Part shown: positions 41,578-54,331 of the stretch, piece by piece
Position numbering within the stretch: the stretch's first letter is position 1
Layout of the letters: every line of letters starts with the position of its first letter
Source: Octopus sinensis
Taxonomy: Eukaryota
Length of the DNA: 64,000 bases
Assembly: GCF_006345805.1 (NCBI RefSeq)
Contig: NC_043005.1
Span: forward strand, 46,810,001 to 46,874,000
Direction of reading: 5' to 3'
Position numbers and translations under genes: made by a program
The notes under the pieces: model-generated
The model's input: only the letters and a program-made list of their open reading frames with translations
Told to the model about the DNA's origin: nothing
Database searches by the model: none

Positions 41578-42649
41578 ATATAATAACAGTTTGATTCACT
41601 TCGATATTACTAAACATTACTTTTGTGAATACTTAGTAAATATTTACATAGCATACAGACATTTAGACCAGCATTGCTAAATTCAAGTTATCAGTTTGTT
41701 ATTGCTATCGTAGTAACATCAATCCTTCCACAGTTAGATCCTGGTGGAAGGGCATACAGGATGCTAGACTCGGGATTCTACAGGATTACATATTCCGCGA
41801 TATCACTTATTTATATACGTAAGATTTGAATTTGAAAGTGCTGATGTATATACATTATGTTCACCTATTAATTAATACCTTCAAGGACACTGCTACTTAT
41901 ATACACACATACACACATACACACGCAAACACACACACACATATATATACATACCTAATTATTTATATACGCATAGCTATATGTATAATACATATGTACG
42001 TCCATATATATAATGTGTGTGTGCCAAGGCATGAGTATATACATAAATATGTGTGTGAATTTGTGTGTATAAGGATATGTGTGGACAGAGGAGTGTGCAT
42101 ACAGATGTGTAGATGTGTGTATGTCTACGCGTATGGTTAAAAAGACACGTGACCTAACAATGTGCATCATAATTCGTGTAACGGAGGTATTTATTTAATG
42201 AGAGAGTTCGACAACTGATTAGAAGTTAGTTTGCGGGGTCTATAACGAAGCTCCGTATGAAATATATAAACGGAAAGAATGAATCTTGAATTTCCTGATA
42301 TAAAGAATATATGCATACGTTATAGTCTTATCATATATAGATGCATATATTCATATACACTCACTCAATTAGACACACATATATAATATTCTAACACCAT
42401 ACATTCACATATTTATATCCACCTATGCATATATTTGTATGTATGTGTGCGATTTTATATATATATTTATATATACATGTATATGGATATATATACATAT
42501 ATATATATATGCATGTATATGGATATATATATATATGTGTATGCGTGTATATAAATATATATATATATACATGTGTATGCATATATATATATATATATAT
42601 ACATATATATACATATATATGTGTGTGTGTGTATGTATATCCACTTACA

Positions 42650-42685
<36 letters not shown>

Positions 42686-43795
42686 TATATGCTTATATAC
42701 ACAGATGTGTATATACATACACATACATATGCACAGTGCATGGAGAAAACAAATGTGGAGTCGTAGAGTTATGGTGTTGGCTGCGAATGTCTTAGAACGG
42801 CGAAGAGTATAATAATTACATCCAATAGGCGTCCTCATCAAAAGAATCTAAAATAGTCACCTTAAGCCAACAGCAGAAGGAGCTGTCGTGACCTACCCAA
42901 CATTATGTTAGACTTCATTAAAATGAATAAAGAGAATAAAGACGCTTTGTGTAACAGGAAAATGCATGTTCAATTTCAGAGGTTTACTGAAGTTGTATAT
43001 CTTCCATTGATCTGTTCTTAATGATTGATAAATGCAAACTTTTAAAATAATTATTATTATTAAGTGACGAAGTTCACTTTCGGGAATGTTTGCAATATCT
43101 TAGAAGTTTGATTCATTAAAAGCAATATATTAAAATAAAATAAGGGGGATAATATAAAGCTATATTCTCTACTATCTTTCCTTCATTTTTCTTTGATCTC
43201 TAATAAAGCTGGAAACAACAAAACGGATATTTTTTACACTCCATTCCAAGAATTTACTGAAATTTATTGCAATACTAAAATGTTTCAAACAGAAAGCTCA
43301 ATACGTAGTTGTAATGTGAAGCTCGAAACATTTGATAGTCGATTGATCTTAGTCTTGTATTTAATTTTTTTTATATCGAACTTTTCAACGATATCCTCAT
43401 TGGTTCCAGATTTTCAACGGACCAATCACTGGTTCACTACATTTCTGGTACGGTGTGTGGCAAAGGATTGTCACCGGTCGTTCTCTTCTTTTTCACATAT
43501 GTGTGTGATCATGTGTATTAAAAACGTATGTCACCACCCTCCACACAGCACTTATATGTATATATATATATAAGACAATTACATTACATATGCTTTATTT
43601 TTTCATACTCCTGCATATTTAAAATTTTTTTACAGCTAATTATATAGCACACGTGGTTTAAATATGACCGAACGTGTTTCCGATGCATAAAAAACTAGGA
43701 ATTGTATTTGCTTCCAGTTATTTTCGAGCCTGAACCTGATTATAACTAAGTGCTGGTGCGGTAGCTCCTTGGATAATTTATCCTTATATACTCAT

Positions 43796-43834
<39 letters not shown>

Positions 43835-43840
<6 letters not shown>

Positions 43841-44245
43841 TAAATTTACAGAAAACAAAAGACGAACACGGGGTGGGGGACAAGCAGAAATATTAGTCCT
43901 TGAGGTTTCGAGCCTACGCTCTTCTACAGGAAGGGTCGAAAGGATAAAATGGAGACAGAACGGAACGAACACAGGGAGAGTAAACAATGTGTAGGATTTA
44001 ACGGTTCAAACATTATGAAACATATATATATATATATTATATATATATATATATATATATGTTGTTTAAATTTACAGAAAACAAAAGACGAACACGGGGT
44101 GGGGGACAAGCAGAAATATTAGTCCTTGAGGTTTCGAGCCTACGCTCTTCTACAGGAAGGGTCGAAAGGAATAAAATGGAGACAGAACGGAACGAACACA
44201 GGGAGAGTAAACAATGTGTAGGATTTAACGGTTCAAACATTATGA

Positions 44246-44250
<5 letters not shown>
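43835..44250 (-). mobile_element. Head-to-tail dimer (226-bp period) in (TA)n with degenerate hammerhead motif
   Basis: Two copies differing by about one indel; minus strand ccttc-ctgtaga-a-gagc-gtag-gctc-gaaa-cctc-aagg at 43898-43934 and 44124-44160. Confidence 0.75.
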
Positions 44251-44283
<33 letters not shown>

Positions 44284-45134
44284 CATAACGAATTATGAAT
44301 AAGAGATTTTCAGTCTGAAGAAAATACTCTTCAGTTTCGCTGTTGATGCAAATACACAAGGCTAACAGCGAGATCCAATGTTGAAGTTTATCACAAACCA
44401 ACTTTGTAAATGCATTATTGCATTTCCCGGATAATATTGTATTTTTCTGAGAGTGATATACAAGAAAAGGTAGAAATAATGGCTTTACACGTTTCTTTAA
44501 TTAGGCATCTTTGACTTACAAGTGTTTATGATATGCTTTGTACATGCATTGATAGTTGCGTCTACACTATCGTTCGATTGAAAAAATTGAATGACACGTA
44601 AACAAAAATTACACGTAAACAAAAAGTCGACCAACTAACTAAATGGAACTATAAACGCATATATAACTTGATCAGCTGAGTAAACCGAACTATAAACACA
44701 CATATAATGCATATAAGAAAACAGCTGTAAGTCTGCACAAAGAAATAGATAGATATGTAAAAGCCCAATATTTGTGCCTTTTCTGATATATATATAAGCA
44801 ATGAGATACATGCTGGATTGGCCTTGTTGTTAATATATTTAATCTATGGCGTCCCTGTTGAAGAAGACTTCGCCTGGTAAATAAATAAATGTTTATTTAC
44901 TAAAATAAGTCAGAAACCATGGTCCAGAAATTAGATGGTAAATATTTTTCATTTTTCATTCCCTTCGAGAATTTATCCCTAATTAGTGGTTTGGACTTTA
45001 AATGTTCTTTCTAGCGTAAAGGATTCCTATGATGGAAACCTCTTAATGTGTTTTAATGTACACTGTATTTTATATAATATATATATATATATATATATAT
45101 TCCAAAGTTTAATTACATGTGAATTGTTGGCGAT

Positions 45135-45217
45135 TTTTTACCCCCGTCTTGCTTTTCTCTTGGACTTGCCTCTGTCTCCTGTTTCTGAAGAAGAGCTTTG
45201 CTCGAAACTTAAAACAG

Positions 45218-45272
<55 letters not shown>

Positions 45273-45365
45273 CTGAGCGTCTTATTAATACTTTGCATGT
45301 ACCACGTCCTCGCGTTGTCGTTTAATCTCGTGTTTTTTCTTCGTGTTTTTTTGGGGATTAACTAT
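45135..45365 (+). mobile_element. Short hammerhead-bearing repeat with internal (CTTT)n
   Basis: Related to 49340-49440 (taatacttt.catgtaccacgtcctcgcgttgt); ends in (TA)n. Confidence 0.7.
45179..45217 (+). ncRNA. Minimal type-I hammerhead motif with one stem III substitution
   Basis: Stem I CUGUUU/AAACAG; CUGAAGA 45185-91; extra A; stem II GAGC/GCUC; GAAA 45204-07; C-U-U-A in place of C-G-U-A. Confidence 0.6.
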
Positions 45366-45385
45366 GTATGTATATATATATATAT

Positions 45386-45430
<45 letters not shown>

Positions 45431-45454
45431 CTGTTTGTATGTGTGTGTGTGTGA

Positions 45455-45491
<37 letters not shown>

Positions 45492-46343
45492 GCATGCAGT
45501 TCTACACAGTTTTCTTCTACTAAGTTTCAAATTTCACCCATGAAGTATTACCTAAAACTAGCCTTGTCTAATGTACTGACCAGTGGAATCGAACACGTGG
45601 ATACGAAGCAGTCTTTTTAATCATACAGATATATGTCTGCACCAATTTACTAAGTAGCTATCATTTAAAAAGATTCGCATGTTATATATAACCAGCTGAA
45701 ACATGCATACAATTCAGTAAAACAATTTTTCATCTCTACAAGTTGCCTGTTTTGTAATACACGAGGAAAAACGTTTAATTCCCCATTGGCTTAACTCGGT
45801 GGAACAGTATATCGATGACCAATATAGGACAGAATTAAGTGAGATATTAGTTTTTAAGACAACTAAGTCATTACGTAGTGTTTAGCACTGTCATTTGCAA
45901 CAAATGTGGTCGTGTCCCAAGGTATATACTGAATGAATATGTGATTCTGAGGTATATGGCCGAGTAGAGAGTTGCTCAGTGTTCCAAATAATAGACCTTA
46001 GAGTAATGTCACAGTAGTTATCCTTGTTGGGAAAGGGACATAATCTAACATGTATCCAAAAATCAGTGTACATCACTGCCAACCCCAAAAGATCGATGAA
46101 TATAGAACGGATAGGGGATCGTTCTAAATGACACAATAGCGAAAATAGATAGTAGACTATATGAGAGAATAAAGTTAGATGAAGTAAAATGAAATTAATA
46201 TATAGTAATGGCTGACAAATATAATATATTATGATAATATAATACACGGTTGCTGTATACAGTGTTTTTGTCGTTACTAACAGGCCAGACGCGTTGTCCG
46301 CAGTGATCGTTGATCTGATGCGCAGGCTTTTCTTACCACTTAC

Positions 46344-46357
46344 TTTTTCTTTGCCAT
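46344..46357 (-). CDS. Putative first coding exon of an unidentified gene (MAKK, phase 2)
   Basis: cacaATGGCAAAGAAAAA|GTAAGT (good start context, consensus donor) within a non-repetitive, CpG-richer stretch at 46280-46520; no downstream exons confirmed. Confidence 0.3.
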
Positions 46358-48264
46358 TGTGCAAAATCAATCCGTATTTGGCGAAAATAATCAGGAAGGG
46401 AGCTCCTTCTCTATTCCTCTACTTCACGCTTTCCATCATATCCCGCAAGCCTCTCTTCTCCCTTCGACGAAGAATAATTCATGAACCAATGTAATTTAAA
46501 TAGGTTCGCGTCGACTGAATCCTTCTCACACAAGTAAAGACAACAAAAATGTATAACAAAATCACTACTAAACTTAACATTAGAAATTATTTCAAAATAA
46601 CAACAACAACAACAACAACAATAGTAGCCACAACAACAATAATAATGTTCCGACATGCTGGACCTGAACACAAGCGGTTGCATACTATAGTGGTTGACAA
46701 AAAAGAAACACTGTAGCCTAATTGACGCCCGTTCCATATAAGAGTAATAAGAACAGAACATATACTAACGTGAAGTATGAAATCCTCAAGTGCTGGAACA
46801 CAGATGTTAATAATGCTCTGATACTGCAAGTTATTTTGGGGTTCATGAGAACTGGCCGTAAAAGAAATTTATCCTAATCTATAAATAGTTACAGTGCAGA
46901 AAGATATTCACTAGGTCCAGCAAAAATTATCATGCAAACTTTTTACAGAATAATAAATACACAATTCAATAATTTTTAAGAACGAACGTTTCTTCTAACC
47001 AAAGGTAATAATCTGAAAGCATCTCATTCATAAAACTGAAACAAGAAATGTTTTCATACATGAAACTTACTAAACGCATACGATGGCACAAACTATAACG
47101 ATGATAATGATGACAGTTAACAAGTACTTTAAAGGAGAATTTTTTTTCAGACTTCATATATAGTTTGGATGATCTTTACCAATTATATCTGACTTAGAGT
47201 GGTAATTGTATTTTCTTGATCTTTGACATTTTACAGATAACATTTAACAATTGGCTGTTTTCTAAGGTCGGTTATGAATTACATTTGAACATGAAACAAT
47301 AAAGTATAGTTGTACATAGAACACACACAAGTATGTAAGTATGTATATATATGTGTGTGTGTGTGTGTGCATGTGTGCGTGTGTATGTGTGGGAGGGAGA
47401 GAGCCGATGTGTATGTGTGCTCAAGTGTTTATGCATGTATGCTATAAATATGCATATATATACAAACTTGTGTGTGTGTTTATATATACATGTACACGCA
47501 CATATACACACACACACAAATATATATATATATACACAAATATGAGAGAGAAGCAGATATAGTTTGTGTGCACGTATATAAGCAAGTGTGTATGCATATA
47601 TGTATAATGTATCTATATGGGCACAGAATGTGTGTTATCATGTATATGCATTTCGGCATGTTACCTGATATGTTTGGGAATAATAATAATGCGTGCCTAT
47701 CTTTGCGAATACATACCTGCATGCGTGTGTGCATGCCTGTGTACGAGTGCCTGGCCTACTGAGAGTTCTATTTATCACTGAATGAGAATATATAAGCTGA
47801 AATATTTAAGTATATTAGTTTACTTGTCTATAAACTACGAAGAATCATTTACAAAAAAAAAACACAAAAAAGCACAACAAAAAGTAAAATAAAAAAGTAA
47901 AGAAAGCAATAGACAAAACAAAAAAATAGAACGAAAAAAGAAAAAGAAAAGGCGAAGTGCAAGAAGTCAACATTGCATGTGAGTATTTATGAAGTAGAAA
48001 ATAACATGGTTCTCACATTATCCGCTTGTGATCATTTGCTCCGTGAAAATTTTCCTGAGGGCAATTATGGTTTTACAGAGGTCTCAGTTTCCTCGAGTAA
48101 ATTCTCAAAGGAAAAAACAGCAAAACTACCAAACAAAAAAATGTAACAAGAACAGAACCAGTTACAAAAAATACATAAATAAAAATAAAGACAAAACACT
48201 ACAGCAAATACAAAAAGCTTCACAAAACGAATGAACCAAATAAATGGCATATATATTACTAGAT

Positions 48265-48273
48265 ACTGAGACA

Positions 48274-48332
<59 letters not shown>

Positions 48333-48375
48333 GTATCTATCTATGTATCTATCTATCTATCTATCTATCTATATA
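48265..48375. repeat. (ATCT)n microsatellite
   Basis: Direct reading; a larger (ATCT)n array lies at 49090-49340. Confidence 0.95.
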
Positions 48376-48747
48376 CATATATGTATTATGGCGTATAGTA
48401 TAAGTGTAGCACTCTTTGTATATGCCTACGAACATGTAAGCTGAAATGAGTGCCTTTTGGGGGGTGACGGAAGGTGTAGATAACAACATATTTTGAAGTA
48501 CATGTACGTGAGTGTAATATATTATTTGAACGTGTGTATCTTTATGTATGTATGCTAGAAAGCGACAAACAAAAAGAAAGACAGCTATAAAGATTGGGGC
48601 GTACGTGTGCATAAATTTCCAGGAGCTTATACGTATATGCGTAGCACAGCAGAGCTTTATTGCTACAAGTATCACTTACGCATATTAACATATCTAAGCA
48701 CTCTATACTTCACATGTATGTAGTATATACTCATACGTACACACACA

Positions 48748-48822
<75 letters not shown>

Positions 48823-49090
48823 CTATATATGTGTGTGTGTGTGTGTATGTATGTAAGTATGTAAGTATATGTGAATATATAGAAACGCATACTCATATAC
48901 ATGTCTCTTATCTGTATATTTATATCTTGAATGTATGCTGAAAGATTGTCTTAGCCCGTTTGCCTTCGGGCTGTTGATTTCTGTAGTTATTTTCAGTGTA
49001 TTTTGGTGATTGAAGTAAGAGTTTTGACTGTGATTTCCAGCAGGTAGACATAATTAGTATGTCCTTTGATTGATTTTAAAAATATTTCTT

Positions 49091-49149
<59 letters not shown>

Positions 49150-49160
49150 GTCTATCCATC

Positions 49161-49236
<76 letters not shown>

Positions 49237-49272
49237 GTCTATCCATCATCTATCTATCTATCTATCTATCTG

Positions 49273-49339
<67 letters not shown>

Positions 49340-49341
<2 letters not shown>

Positions 49342-49440
49342 ATATAACAACGCGAGGACGTGGTACATGTAAAGTATTAGCAGACGGTCCGGGAAGGAAA
49401 GAAAGATGGTTTAACGTTTCGAGCAACGCTCTTCTTCACT
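49340..49440 (-). mobile_element. 5'-truncated copy of the 45135-45365 family
   Basis: Minus strand gtgaagaagagcgttgctcgaaacgttaaacc; lacks C3 and the stem I 5' arm. Confidence 0.7.
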
Positions 49441-49721
49441 CCTGCTGGGTTTTCAAGCGATCCTTCTCTCCAGGCTAGTCATGCAACATGTTGTGCTGGA
49501 TTAAGTGTTACCAGTGGCACTCATCTAAGGACTCATAGATATCCGAACACTTTTGTACACAAACACACACATACACACACATGCACACTCACACACATAC
49601 ATGTGTGAGAAGGAGAAAGAGAGATTTTGGGTGTTGTGTGCTAATGTATTTGTAACAAGGCAACATTATTAAAGTATCAATGAAAATAAAGAATATTAAA
49701 TATATGTGTTACAAATTTGAA

Positions 49722-49925
49722 GGTGGGTTAGCTGGCAGAATTCAGGGCAAAATGCTCAGCGGCATTTCGTTCGTCTTTCATTTCTGATTTGAAATTCTGC
49801 AGAGATTGACTTTACCTTTCATCGTTTTGGAAGCCGATGAAATAAGAACCAGTTGACCACTGGGGTTGACTCATTTACTTCCCTAAAATTGTTGGCCTTG
49901 TACCAAAACTTGAAATCAATATTAG
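49722..49925 (+). mobile_element. SINE family A, diverged
   Basis: aaggtgggttagctggcagaatt... Confidence 0.75.
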
Positions 49926-50084
49926 TTGTATGCATAGCTGTGGCATATTGTAACATAACTACGAAATGTAATGGCAAAAATTAGCAGATTGTGATACTAA
50001 ACTGAAAACTATGGTAGGATAGGTCCAACAGCATTTTGTACAATGAAACACATATACAGAATGCTTGTTATGCTTATGATCTGA

Positions 50085-50463
50085 GTACTCTTTTATTTGT
50101 TTCTGTCATTTGACTGTGGCCATGCTGGAGCACCGTTTTTAATCGAGCAAATCGTCCCCATGACTTATTCTTTGTAAGCCTAGTACTTATTCTATCGGTC
50201 TCTTTTGCTGAACCGCTAAGTTACGGGGACGTAAACACACCAGCACCGGTTGTCAAACACAGACACAAACGTATACACACACATGCATATATATATATAT
50301 ACATATATACGACGGGCTTCTTTCCGTTTCCGTCTACCAAATCCACTCACAAGGCTTTGGTCGGCTCGAGGCTATAATAGAAGACACTTGCCCAAGGTGC
50401 CACACAGTGGAACTGAACTCAGAACCATGTTGTTCGTAAGCAAGCTACTTACCACACAGCTAC
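50085..50463 (-). mobile_element. SINE family B, full length
   Basis: Reverse complement of 41089-41472. Confidence 0.9.
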
Positions 50464-50550
50464 TCAGAAAAATATGACAAATATAACTACCATGGGCAGA
50501 TTTCGGTTATATGCATCTACTCTGCCTCTTTCATTTTTCTATTTTGTAAA

Positions 50551-51435
50551 CTAGCTGAGGTATCCGGTAATAGTCGGGAGCGGAGATTTTCTCAGTACCC
50601 ATTACTATGCCTAATTTCTCTCGGACGAAAAATTAAATCAAAGCATAGGACAGATAGTAGAAGACGTGAGCAAATTCATTCGCGAAACAATAATACAAAT
50701 AAATACACGTGGAATCGGAAAATGACAATCGTTTGGTCTGATGAGTGGAAAGCTGCAAATATATAATCAATGGAAACATCAAGAATGGAATTGTAAAGGA
50801 GTGCTATGAAAAAAAAAAAGTTTGAAAAGTAAAAAAAAAATTATTTAGAAAAAAAAGATTTTATATTTATACAAACTGCTGGAGTGCAGAGACGACAACG
50901 CGGCGGTCATAATAGTCGTATGATGCTATGAGGAGGAAAACAATGCATACGATTTTCGTCATGTAACAGCAACCTGAGAATGCTGAAATAATTGATGAAC
51001 ATTTTAACCCAACAACAATTTAGGCCAAAATTTCGTTAATCTGTTAATCACAAATCATCGTACACTTTACTTGAGTAGCCTAGGTAAAAATTCATTTGCC
51101 TAAACCCATCCTTAGCGCATATTCCATCTGTGTATAAAATTTCAAGAAAACCGGTAGAAAACTTTAAAATTTATGACAGAAAATAAAGTTCCCATAAGAA
51201 TTTGCATTGAAATGTCCCACTGACTTTTGAAAAATCGATGCTACTTAAAAATTACCAATTAAAAAAAAAAAATCAAAGTGCGTAAGTGACTGCACAGGTT
51301 TCCCCCACCACCACACATGTGTCAAGTTTTTAAAAAATCGGTTGGGATAGTCTCGGAAGAGAAAAAGTAACAAACTCACAAACGCACACGCACAGCCACA
51401 AACAGACAGAAATTGCCGTTTATGTATATAAATGA
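50551..51435 (-). mobile_element. Non-autonomous Helitron (~885 bp)
   Basis: Canonical A|TC...CTAG|T; 5' end tcatttatatacataaacggcaattt resembles the 34082 copy (tatataaacggcagttt); degenerate hairpin before CTAG. Confidence 0.65.
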
Positions 51436-51587
51436 TGACTTTCCTATGGTGTACTTAAATAATTTTGAAGATTTATATGTAGGAGAACGTTTACAAACAT
51501 TTACGTTTACAAACATTATTCGCAGAAAAATGTAATAATAATAATAATAATAGTAATAATAATAATAATAATAATGATAATAATAAT

Positions 51588-51907
51588 GTGTTGAGAGGGA
51601 TTCTTTGGGGTTTGAATAATTCACCTCTGGAAACATGGGTGGTTCTTTCAACATCCTTAAACAACCCTTATTCAGGGACCTTTTGAGCGGGATGGGCTAC
51701 TCAACCAGAAGAAAATTTTAACTGGGCCCCACCTGCAAGGTCATGTGCTGTTTATCTTGATATGAGATCACCATGTCGCGCACATATGGTTGTGATGCCT
51801 GTGCCTGGTGTACCCTTATCAGACGGGTAGTCATGATGGGTATACTGGGCTTCGTATATTTTACCCCAGTGTCACTTTGATGGCATGAACTGCTCTCTCA
51901 CTCAATG

Positions 51908-51943
<36 letters not shown>

Positions 51944-52301
51944 TAATAGTAATAATAATAATAATAATAATGATAATAATAATGTGTTGAGAGGGATTCT
52001 TTGGGGTTTGAATAATTCACCTCTGGAAACATGGGTGGTTCTTTCAACATCCTTAAACAACCCTTATTCAGGGACCTTTTGAGCGGGATGGGCTACTCAA
52101 CCAGAAGAAAATTTTAACTGGGCCCCACCTGCAAGGTCATGTGCTGTTTATCTTGATATGAGATCACCATGTCGCGCACATATGGTTGTGATGCCTGTGC
52201 CTGGTGTACCCTTATCAGACGGGTAGTCATGATGGGTATACTGGGCTTCGTATATTTTACCCCAGTGTCACTTTGATGGCATGAACTGCTCTCTCACTCA
52301 A
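51588..52301. repeat. Head-to-tail dimer (396-bp period; ~318-bp unit) embedded in (AAT)n
   Basis: gtgttgagagggattc...ctctcactcaa twice; I found no differences between the two units. Confidence 0.95.
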
Positions 52302-52303
52302 TG

Positions 52304-52377
<74 letters not shown>

Positions 52378-52407
52378 AAGAACAACAACAACAACAACAA
52401 CAACAAC

Positions 52408-52812
52408 AATCCTTCCTACTATTGGTCCAAGGCCTGAAATTTTAGTGGGAGTGGCTAGTCGACTACATTGACCCCAGTGCTTATTTTATCTACCCTGAAA
52501 GTATGAAAGGCAATCTTTACCTCGGTAGTATTTTCCGCTAAGCGTCTTGTCCGGTGTGCTAACGGTTCTGCCAGTTCGCCGTTCTTAGACAATAATACTT
52601 ACAGTAATGGTTTCAAATTTTGTCACAACGTCAGTAATTTTTTGGGGAAAGGGTAAGTCGGTTACATGAACGCCAGTGCTCCACTGATACTTATTTTATC
52701 GATCCTGAAAGGATGAAAAGCATAGTCTACTGTCTCGGCGGAATTTGAACACCGAACGTAAAGACTGACGAAATGTCTCTAAGCATTTTGTCCGACATAC
52801 TTACGATTCAGT
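52408..52812 (-). mobile_element. Two adjacent SINE family A copies (about 52408-52585 and 52605-52812)
   Basis: Each carries tacttattttatc...gaaaggatgaaa...gaatttgaac or its remnant. Confidence 0.75.
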
Positions 52813-52871
52813 CAGGCTTGCCGTTCTCAGATAGTAGTAGTAGTAGTAGTAGTAGTAGTAATAATAATAAT

Positions 52872-52962
<91 letters not shown>

Positions 52963-53024
52963 CGACGACGACGACGACAAAAACAAAAAATAAATAATTC
53001 GAAAATTTTGTCTTCCATTTATCA

Positions 53025-53195
53025 AAATAATGTCTGAGAATCGTAGAAACAGCTGCCCGATGTCACTACCATATAAGAGGGTCATCAGTATCTTAGTGGT
53101 TATTTTGTCACGGAAACAGTAAAAAAAAAAAAAGTGCGATAACAGGACACAACCAGTTATTAATACTCGAACTTGGAGTCTGGCGAAGGCAAACA
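53025..53195 (-). mobile_element. Small RTE-like LINE fragment
   Basis: CFRDKITTK...TLLYGSD resembles the post-RT TLLYGxE motif. Confidence 0.45.
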
Positions 53196-53860
53196 ACAAA
53201 CGCCCATTAACCTGATTTTCTCTCTTCCTAACCCTGGCTATCTCTCTTCAATAACACAATGCTACAAGCAGTTCCATAATGTTGCAGCTATTCTGTATAA
53301 AATGTATAAACGGAAGACTTTCAGCAATATTAAGTGCCTCCGGCTATGACACAGATGCATAGGAGAAGGGATGTAGATATTATTATTATTTATTTTTGGT
53401 GTCAGATATTTCTAGCTAGCGATCGATTACATCATGGTTTCTGCTGTTATTACACACGGACTTTACTTTATTTTTATTTTTCTCTCTTCACTACATCTAC
53501 CGTTGCCAGTACTTATGGCAGCATCCCTCGACCTCACCTCGACACTTCTGTCACGTACTGCTTTGCTGAGACTTTCTTGTTAACTCCCTTTTAGTCGGCA
53601 TTCTCCTTTAACTCAATCCTCGCATACACCAGTCTCCTTCGCCCCTCATATTTATTAGTGCAAATTCACAATGTTTTAGAGCTTTCTGCCACCACACCCC
53701 AGCGCTTGATGCTATTTGCATTTGTTACAGAACGATAAAGATAGATATAACAACAAATATTAGGTAACTCATAGACATTCACTAGACACCAACCATAAAC
53801 CATTGAAGAAACGATGGTAGTTGTGAATATGTATAGAGGAAAAGTGAAAAAAGAAATAAA

Positions 53861-54331
53861 TGGTAAGGTAACTACTGAGATACAAGCATCCAAGTGATTT
53901 GATGTATACAGAAGCATTCTTATATAAGATAATCTAGGTACACGGAAAGCAAGCGTATGCATAAAATCTTTAGACACTTGGATACGGCGTTACCATTTTG
54001 ACGGCACAAAAGACTCATCATAGTCTTTCCTAGCTTTATTGATATTCTCGGTCTCACCCCGACCATCTTACCAACCAGTTTTACTATTTTAACTATTTTC
54101 CCTCATATCTGTCAATTCCATTCTAGTTGTTGTCGTTTTTTTCATTTTGTGCTCTCCTCTCCCGTTCTTCGTGATCCTCGTTCTTCATTCACCACAATTT
54201 TTCCCTTTATTAGAACATTTCTAACTGCTCCACACCATCTTATATCTGAACTTTAAGTCGAACGCCTGTCCGTCCCCCCAGTAAAATTCATAATGTAATT
54301 TCCCTCAGTAGACATTGATGTGGTTTCAGCA
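53861..54331 (+). repeat. Local direct repeat, copy 1
   Basis: Matches 56083-56530. Confidence 0.95.

Noticed and set aside
43193-43573. 126-aa plus-strand ORF
   Set aside because: Non-ATG start, runs into a microsatellite, no recognisable domain
44316-44337. Small inverted repeat ctgaaga-aaatac-tcttcag
   Set aside because: 7-8 bp arms are expected by chance; no ribozyme context
50730-50755. CTGATGA-gtg-GAAA
   Set aside because: Stem II cannot form
51588-52301. CRISPR-like or other prokaryotic repeat array anywhere in the window
   Set aside because: No repeat-spacer architecture or prokaryotic genes; the duplications are whole-unit tandem copies in eukaryotic microsatellites
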